Assembly: GCF_009914755.1 (NCBI RefSeq)
Contig: NC_060927.1
From: the human T2T-CHM13v2.0 reference genome, Homo sapiens
Length of the DNA: 64,000 nt
Strand: one strand, 5' to 3'
Shown: positions 52,666-64,000 of the stretch, in pieces
How positions within the stretch are numbered: position 1 is the stretch's first letter
Layout of the letters: each line of letters opens with the position of its first letter
Program-made: the position numbers and the translations under genes
The notes under the pieces: generated by a model
Database searches by the model: none
What the model was told of the DNA's origin: nothing
What the model saw: the letters and a program-made list of their open reading frames with translations, nothing else

Positions 52666-52949
52666 AAGAGAGGTCAAATAAATTACCAAACATCCACACA
52701 ATGGAATATGCTGTAGTCTTTTAAAAAAGTAAAGGTGCTTTAGGTGTACTGATTTGGAATGATCTCTAAGATGCAGCTTAAAATGAAAAAACGCAAAGTG
52801 CATAATAGTATTTATAATATGTTAAAAGTTGTGAATATAAAGGGATATATATGTTTCATCCAAAGATATACATAAGTGTATACATAAGTGTATAGTATAA
52901 GATACACACTTATATATGTCTTTGGTTGAAGATACACACTCCTGAAGCC

Positions 52950-55250
<2,301 letters not shown>

Positions 55251-55489
55251 GTCTTGAGGATTAGCATTCTTGATTTTACGTTATTTGATGCAGAAAGGGA
55301 GTCAGATACAATCTATAAGAGCAGAAAATCCCCAAGTATGTTTTAGCAGGGAAGGCATGACACAATTTCTTCAGAAGTAAACTTACCCTCCTAATTATGG
55401 ATGCCTGGGATTACAATTACAGATAAATAGCATTTCCAAAGACTAAGGTTCTTCCTGCTTCCTTCTCCAAAGCCCTTCTGGCAAAGCTC

Positions 55490-55969
55490 CCTGAGCCGTA
55501 GGTGCTGCAGAGGTGGGTGAGGCAGGCTCGGGGAGCAGGCCTGACCAGAGGCCCAGAGGCGAGAGCAGGACAGAAGTAAGATGCCTTGTCTGTATTCCCC
55601 TAGAAGGGAGGGCTTGCCACCCAGCTGCAGGGACTCCAGGGCTCAGCTGCAGGGTCTCCAGGACTCAGTTGATTTGTGCTCTGCCTCAGCTGTAAAGTGG
55701 CCCCACACACAGTCATGCCCCCTCCTGGGGCAGCCTGCATCTGGTTGCCGAATGAAGTGGGGACCTAATCTTAGATGCTGACAAGCAATCCTCACTCCCC
55801 ACCTCTACTAGGGGCTCCTGAGCATTTTGTCAGGCCCGCATCACAGTTCAACTTGTTCCTGGGCCTGATCCTGCTTCTTCCCTTTCCTTTCAGAGGTGCT
55901 GATCCTTAATAAGCATATTGTATCCCCAAACTCCTTTTTAATGTCTGCTGGAAAACCCACCCTGTGACA
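55490..55969 (+). mobile_element. Old ERVL LTR (LTR16-like)
   Basis: CATGCCCCCTCCTGGGGCAGCCTGCATC...CCTTAATAAG...AAACCCACCCTGTGACA; family from recall. Confidence 0.5.
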
Positions 55970-56843
55970 GTGGGTTAGGCGATAGAGAGTAGGCCCAGCT
56001 GCAGATATAGAAAGAAGAGGTCTCTCTGGCCAAGTCTAACCCACATCAGCTCTGGGGCCCCGTTTGAGGAAGAGATGTTCTAGCTGGTGGGCAAAGCACA
56101 GTGCTGTACACAGAAGGGCCGGTGGTGCTCAGCTCCAGGGGGCCTGTCAAAGGCAATGTGCATCTTAACTGTGATTCTGTTCTGTTCCCCATCATATCCC
56201 GATGTAGGCCCTTACCGTATTTCTCCTGAATCATTTTGTAGTCTTCTAATTCTTCTTGTCTTTCACCAGACTGATCTTTCTGAAACCCATATCTGATTAT
56301 GTCATTCTCTTCCATAAAACCTTTCAAAGACTCCCCTTAAACCTCAGGATCAGGCCCAAATGACTTAACTTGAATTATCATTGCCTTGAGATCTGGCCTT
56401 GGTTTGCTGTAAGCTTATCTCTTGCAGCTCTGGACTCAGTCAGCCCCTTTCCCATTTCTCACCATTGCCACTTAATGGTCTGAGGGGGGCTTTTCCTGTT
56501 ACTGCACGCACCAGAGCCAACAGCTGAAAACAGTAGGCAACAGTACTCTCCCTACTAAAGAGCGCTGCCAACTTAGGCACAACCACCTTCCTGGGGCTTT
56601 TTAAGAGTTAGCAGAGCAGCCCTGATGCCCTACCAACCACCACAAACACCCCCCACCACATCCCAAGTCTGGGGAGAATGGAGGCTGGTAGAGTGATGGA
56701 GATGGCAAAGGCAGACAGCAGAGTATCCTGAGGACATGGTCTGCCGCATTTCACACTGGAGGGCTGTGCTCTGGGCCAGGCCACTCAGCAGAGGGGCAGA
56801 CTATTGGGTTGGGAGCAGTGGAGGCGGGAAGATAGCAGAGGTG

Positions 56844-57490
56844 TGCAATGCCTAACCTTGTTTTTTACTCTAGCTCGCTACTTTAAATTTTCCCTTTTTT
56901 TGTCTCCTTAATTCCCAGCCATGTTTCCCATATGAATAGACTCTCCCTGGCTGGGAAAGCCGGATAAACTCCATTTGACCTTTTGATTTACAAGACATTA
57001 AGTGCTCCATACCCAACCCCCTTCCTCAAGGAGTTAACCTGTGTAAGCAGATCCTCAGCATTTCATAGGAGCCCAGTTAACTGATAAGGTACTGGAACAA
57101 ACCATGTATGAAGTTCCCAGGATTTTTCTCAAAGAGATAACAACATAAAGCCTTGAGTTCGTGTCCGGCATAGCATCTATATCTAACTCTAATGAAGGAT
57201 TTAGAGCCCTGCACCTGGTACCGTTGCTTTTTGTAATCATTTGTCTTTTAAATTGTTTATCTCTCTGTAACCATTTGCTTCTTTTGATTCTTGCATGTTT
57301 TTACTTCTGTAGAATTATTGCATTTGAGTTCCCTCCCTTTCCTAAACCAAGGTATAAAAGTTAATCAAGCCCCTTCCTCGGGGCCAAGAGAATTTTGAGC
57401 ATTAGCCGTCTCTTTGGCCGCCGGCTTAAATAAAGGACTCTTAATTCGTCTCAAAGTGTGGCGTTTTCTCTAACTCGTTTGGGTGTAACA
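56844..57490 (+). mobile_element. ERV1-class solo LTR (LTR6/HERV-S71-like), 647 bp
   Basis: TG...CA termini; 4-bp TSD GGTG at 56840-56843 and 57491-57494; TATAAAA at 57353; AATAAA at 57429; exact family uncertain. Confidence 0.8.
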
Positions 57491-57599
57491 GGTGGACTTC
57501 CCATCTGGGAGCACCCAGAAGTGCTCTCATCTGAGCCCATGGCGGACCCAACACCTAAATGCCTGCTACCCCGAGGGCAAGGAGGCCAGGCTGTGTTAG

Positions 57600-59703
<2,104 letters not shown>

Positions 59704-59861
59704 TTATTTCTACCTTTTAAACTAGTGAGTCTCAAACTTTGGTCTCTGAATCCTTTTACACTCTTAAAAATCATTGGTATCTCAAAGAGACTCTATGTAA
59801 ATGAGCCATATTTATAGATATTTACCATACTAGAAGCTAAAATAAAAAATTTAAAAATATT

Positions 59862-60384
<523 letters not shown>

Positions 60385-61022
60385 TATATATATATATTTA
60401 TTTAAAATAATAAACCCATCACATATTGACATAACTAATAAGCCCACCACATATTTACAAGAATCACACATTGACACATTAACACTAACATTTCTATTAG
60501 AAAACTATTTTCCAAAACAAAAAAAATAAGAAGAGTTGCACTGCTTTACATTTTTGTAAATCTCTTAATGTCGCTTAACAGAAGGAGCTGAATTACAATA
60601 TCTGCTTCTCTTGCAATATATTCAGTTGCAACCAAAATGCAATGATTTTGTTTGAAGTATACAGAGAAAAATTCATCCTCAAACAGGTAAGTAGATGGAA
60701 AAGGTAGGGGAGTTTTAACATCATTTTTAGGTAATTGTAGATACTTCTTTTGTTGCTACACCAAAGCTCAACAAGTGGTAGTTTCTTAAAGGTTAGCTGT
60801 AAAGTAGATTCTGAAATCATATCAGTGAATTTTTTGTACTCTGTTATATTAAAATCTACTGGGTTATTTTATACTTTGAATGAATCTTTTACCCCTTAAT
60901 GCATGACCTTGTGACATTGTGTGCTGGGCTTTGAAAATTTTATTCACTGAGTCATGTATACCTTCCTGACATTGACCCATTTCCCTCTAAATATCAAGTA
61001 ATCACATTTGATGTTTGCACCA

Positions 61023-61485
61023 CTGTATTGCTTTGTAGGGCTGCCGTAACAGAGTACCACAAATTGTGTAGTTTTTTATAATAACAGAAATCTATTCTGT
61101 CACATTTCTGAAGGCTGGAAGTCTGAGATCAAGATGTTGGCAGGGTGGTTTCCTCCTTAAAGGGCTAAAGGAGAATCCTTTCATGCCCCTCTCTGAGTTT
61201 CTGGTGGTGGTGTGAAGTCCTTGGTATTTCTTGGCTTGTAGCTGCATTACATCAGTTTCTGCCTCTGTTTTCACAGGCCTACTTCCTTGGGTGTGGCTAC
61301 ATTTCTGTATCCAAATTTATACTCATAACACCAGTTCATTGAATTTGGGGCCTCCTCTAATCCAGTATGACCTCATGGTAACTCAAGTGTATCTGAAAAC
61401 CCTGTTTGCCAAGGTCACAATCATAGATATAAAAAATTAGGACTTCAACATGTCTTTTTTGGAGCCACAATTCAACCCACAACAC
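61023..61485. mobile_element. MLT1-type MaLR LTR nested in Charlie1
   Basis: TGTATTGC...GGGCTGCCGTAACAGAGTACCACAAA...CACAATTCAACCCACAACA. Confidence 0.75.
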
Positions 61486-61965
61486 CCATTAGTGTCATCA
61501 GAAAAATGTTCAAGAATTGGGAACCTGTCAGATTCACAGGGGTGGGTACAAGTCTTCCAAAATTCTAATTTTTACCTGAAAACTTAGATTTCATCATTGG
61601 CAAAAAATACAACTAGTAACAAACACTAAAATAAAAACTAGAAAAATTTGTTATTCTTGAAGTGAGAGGTTCACTTTATTGACTTTTAAGAAAACGTCTC
61701 CCAAATATGCAAGTCTGATAACCCTAGTTTATACTAGTAATTTTCTTTCAGGTGAAATCATATTTACCATACTAGAAGTTAAAAGTATGGTAAAACTTTT
61801 AATATAAAAGTTTTTTTCATGTTCCATAAAAAAATAAAACGGTTAGTTCAGTTCATAACTTAACTACAAAAGCGCTCTTCCTTGGGACAATCATCATATT
61901 TTACTCTGCAACTAAAATGCTTTGTATATCCTTCGTATATCGCATCACACAGAGTATTAAAAGGT

Positions 61966-62264
61966 TGTGGGCACAGTGGCTCATGCCTGTAATCCCAGCA
62001 TTTTGAGAGGCTGAGGCAGGCAGATTACTTGAGCCCAGGAGTTTGAGACCAATCTGGGCAACAGAGTGAGACCCTGTCTTTACAAAACAAACAAACAAAA
62101 ATTAGCTGGGCCTGGTGGTGCATGCCTGTGGTCCCAACTACCAGGAAGGTTGAGGTGGGAGAATTGCTTGAGCCCAGGAAGTCAAAGCTGCAGGGAGCTG
62201 AGATCACGCCACTGCATTCCAGCCTGAGCAATCGAGCAAAAACCCTACCTAAAAAAAAAAAAAG
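61966..62264 (+). mobile_element. AluJ-like nested in Charlie1
   Basis: Alu dimer with GAGCCCAGGAG. Confidence 0.85.
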
Positions 62265-63114
62265 GAGGCTGGTGATTCAGGAATGATAGAAAAAAAAGGA
62301 TACGTACTCAAAGGTAAAGACTTAATAAAAATTAATAATATTTATTGCTTCATAAAGGATATTTAAAAAACTTTTTTTTCCCTGTGAGTTGATGGTGGTG
62401 AAGCACGCAAGACTACTAGTGGACTTTAGTGCCTCATTGTACTAAGACACTAACAGTTTTACCCATTATTTCTTTTGCACTATTAGTGCAAATGTCAACA
62501 CAGTGAAAAACCCAAATATGATCTTACTGTAATTGTGAAAATAGTTGTGACCTCATGGACCCCCTGAAAGTGTCTGTAGACCATATTTTGATAACCACGG
62601 TCCTAAAGAACTCTCCACCAACTCTACCTCTGCCTTAGGACTCATGAGTTCTTAGGAAGACTGTTACAGTAATCATCACCATAACCAGTTCTCTCTCTCT
62701 CCAGAGCTGTCCCCTTCTATCAGTCTTCCACACAGCCAGAGTGAGCGTTCAGAAAAGTATCAGTGGGACATTCTTCTGCTTAATACCCTTCAGTGAGTTC
62801 CCACTGGCTTTAAGGTCTAAACTCCTTAGCATAGGACATATGATGTAAACTCTTCATCTAGCAATGACTTATGTTTTCCACCTGTTCTCCAGCCATATTC
62901 TCCACATGTCTTCCAATTCAGCCAGACCAGTTCTCTTAATCTATCATGCTGTTCTCCCTGCCAGGAATATCCTCATCTCCTCACTTTTTATCTGGCTAAA
63001 TCTTTACTTACTTTTAAAAGTCAGCTTCTGTTATCTCCTCCAGGAAGACACCCTGGATCATCTTCCTGGTTCATCAAAAGGATTAGCAGATTTTCCTTCT
63101 CTATATTTCCATGA

Positions 63115-64000
<886 letters not shown>

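Noticed and set aside
52862-52920. Short tandem and inverted AT-rich repeat
   Set aside because: Typical low-complexity slippage; no evidence of function

Overview
Human genomic DNA, recognisable as the adiponectin (ADIPOQ) locus at 3q27.3. It contains the whole ADIPOQ gene on +: non-coding exon 1 (~6780-6819), an Alu-derived alternative 5'UTR exon (9625-9675), coding exons 17128-17341 and 18253-18773 (244 aa), and a ~3.8 kb repeat-rich 3'UTR ending near 22535. The promoter carries PPRE, LRH-1, SRE, CCAAT and C/EBP motifs. Downstream is ~41 kb of transposon-dense sequence: two SVAs, two HERV-K(HML-2) LTR5_Hs solo LTRs, MER9, LTR6-like and MaLR LTRs, MER44/MER5/Charlie1 DNA transposons, L1 remnants and many Alus, plus a full-length RPS20 processed retrocopy with an open ORF. 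Almost all other listed ORFs are repeat artefacts. I see no clearly new biological system. The best leads are the SVA/LTR5_Hs cluster, the uORF-bearing Alu exon, TE-derived poly(A) signals, unusual SVA junctions and the intact RPS20 retrocopy. Repeat family names, rs numbers and transcript identities are from memory and were not checked by search. Old-repeat boundaries are approximate, and not every Alu/MIR/L2 is listed.
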